Part shown: one piece after another, positions 63,578-64,000 of the stretch | How the letters are laid out: every line of letters begins with the position of its first letter | Position numbering within the stretch: the first letter of the stretch is position 1 | Assembly (NCBI RefSeq): GCF_018350175.1 | Contig: NC_058368.1 | Location: forward strand, 75,146,001-75,210,000 | From: Felis catus | Lineage: Eukaryota | Reading direction: 5' to 3' | DNA: 64,000 bases | Notes under the pieces: generated by a model | The model's database searches: none | Told to the model about the DNA's origin: nothing | Seen by the model: only the letters and a program-made list of their open reading frames with translations | Translations under genes and position numbers: made by a program

Positions 63578-63799
63578 AAGAAAATACATTGCTTAGAAAG
63601 CTTTGGTACTTGGTCATTCTCATAAGATTAGATGACAGAGCCAGTGCTGGAGAAGGATGAGGGGTGGAAAATGGGCCCCAGTCAGGGTTGATCTGATTCT
63701 GATACCATTTCTCCCATCCCATACCAGGCTGCTTCCCAATCGTATATCATTTTTCCCATTTACAATCTCTTGTTTCGTGATCAAAAATACGGGAGTGAT

Positions 63800-64000
63800 G
63801 GGGCGCCTGGGTGGCGCAGTCGGTTAAGCGTCCGACTTCAGCCAGGTCACGATCTCGCGGCCCGTGAGTTCGAGCCCCGCGTCAGGCTCTGGGCTGATGG
63901 CTCAGAGCCTGGAGCCTATTTCCGATTCTGTGTCTCCCTCTCTCTCTGCCCCTCCCCCGTTCATGCTCTGTCTCTCTCTGTCCCAAAAATAAATAAACGT
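63800..64000 (+). mobile_element. Young felid CAN-SINE (tail runs off the window)
   Basis: Near-consensus sequence. Confidence 0.96.

Noticed and set aside
1..64000. tRNA genes, CRISPR arrays or a prokaryote-type novel system
   Set aside because: A/B boxes belong to tRNA-derived SINEs; no regularly spaced repeat-spacer array or operon-like ORFs exist

Overview
This is mammalian genomic DNA from a cat-family carnivore (Felidae). The evidence is about 32 tRNA-derived CAN-SINEs, including near-consensus young felid copies (GGGGCGCCTGGGTGGCGCAGTCGGTTAAGCGTCCGACTTCAGCCAGG...). The window is intronic or intergenic and dominated by repeats: CAN-SINEs, L1 3' fragments, old MIR/L2/CR1 remnants, MaLR/ERVL solo LTRs, hAT DNA-transposon remnants and microsatellites. 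No complete gene is recognisable, and almost all listed ORFs are repeat-derived or chance. The best coding candidate is a minus-strand exon at 4836-4955, whose gene I cannot name. There are a few weaker minus-strand candidate exons and two stop-containing plus-strand candidates. The strongest observations concern retrotransposition mechanics: a SINE dimer inserted as one unit under a single TSD (51.7-52.2 kb), a twin-primed 5'-inverted L1 nested in a MIR (61.3-63.6 kb), a tail-less SINE patch inside an LTR (47.4 kb), a spacerless head-to-head SINE pair (36.2-36.6 kb) and two short SINE 3' transductions. I see no convincing evidence of a novel biological system. Old-repeat subfamily names are from memory of consensus sequences and their boundaries are approximate.
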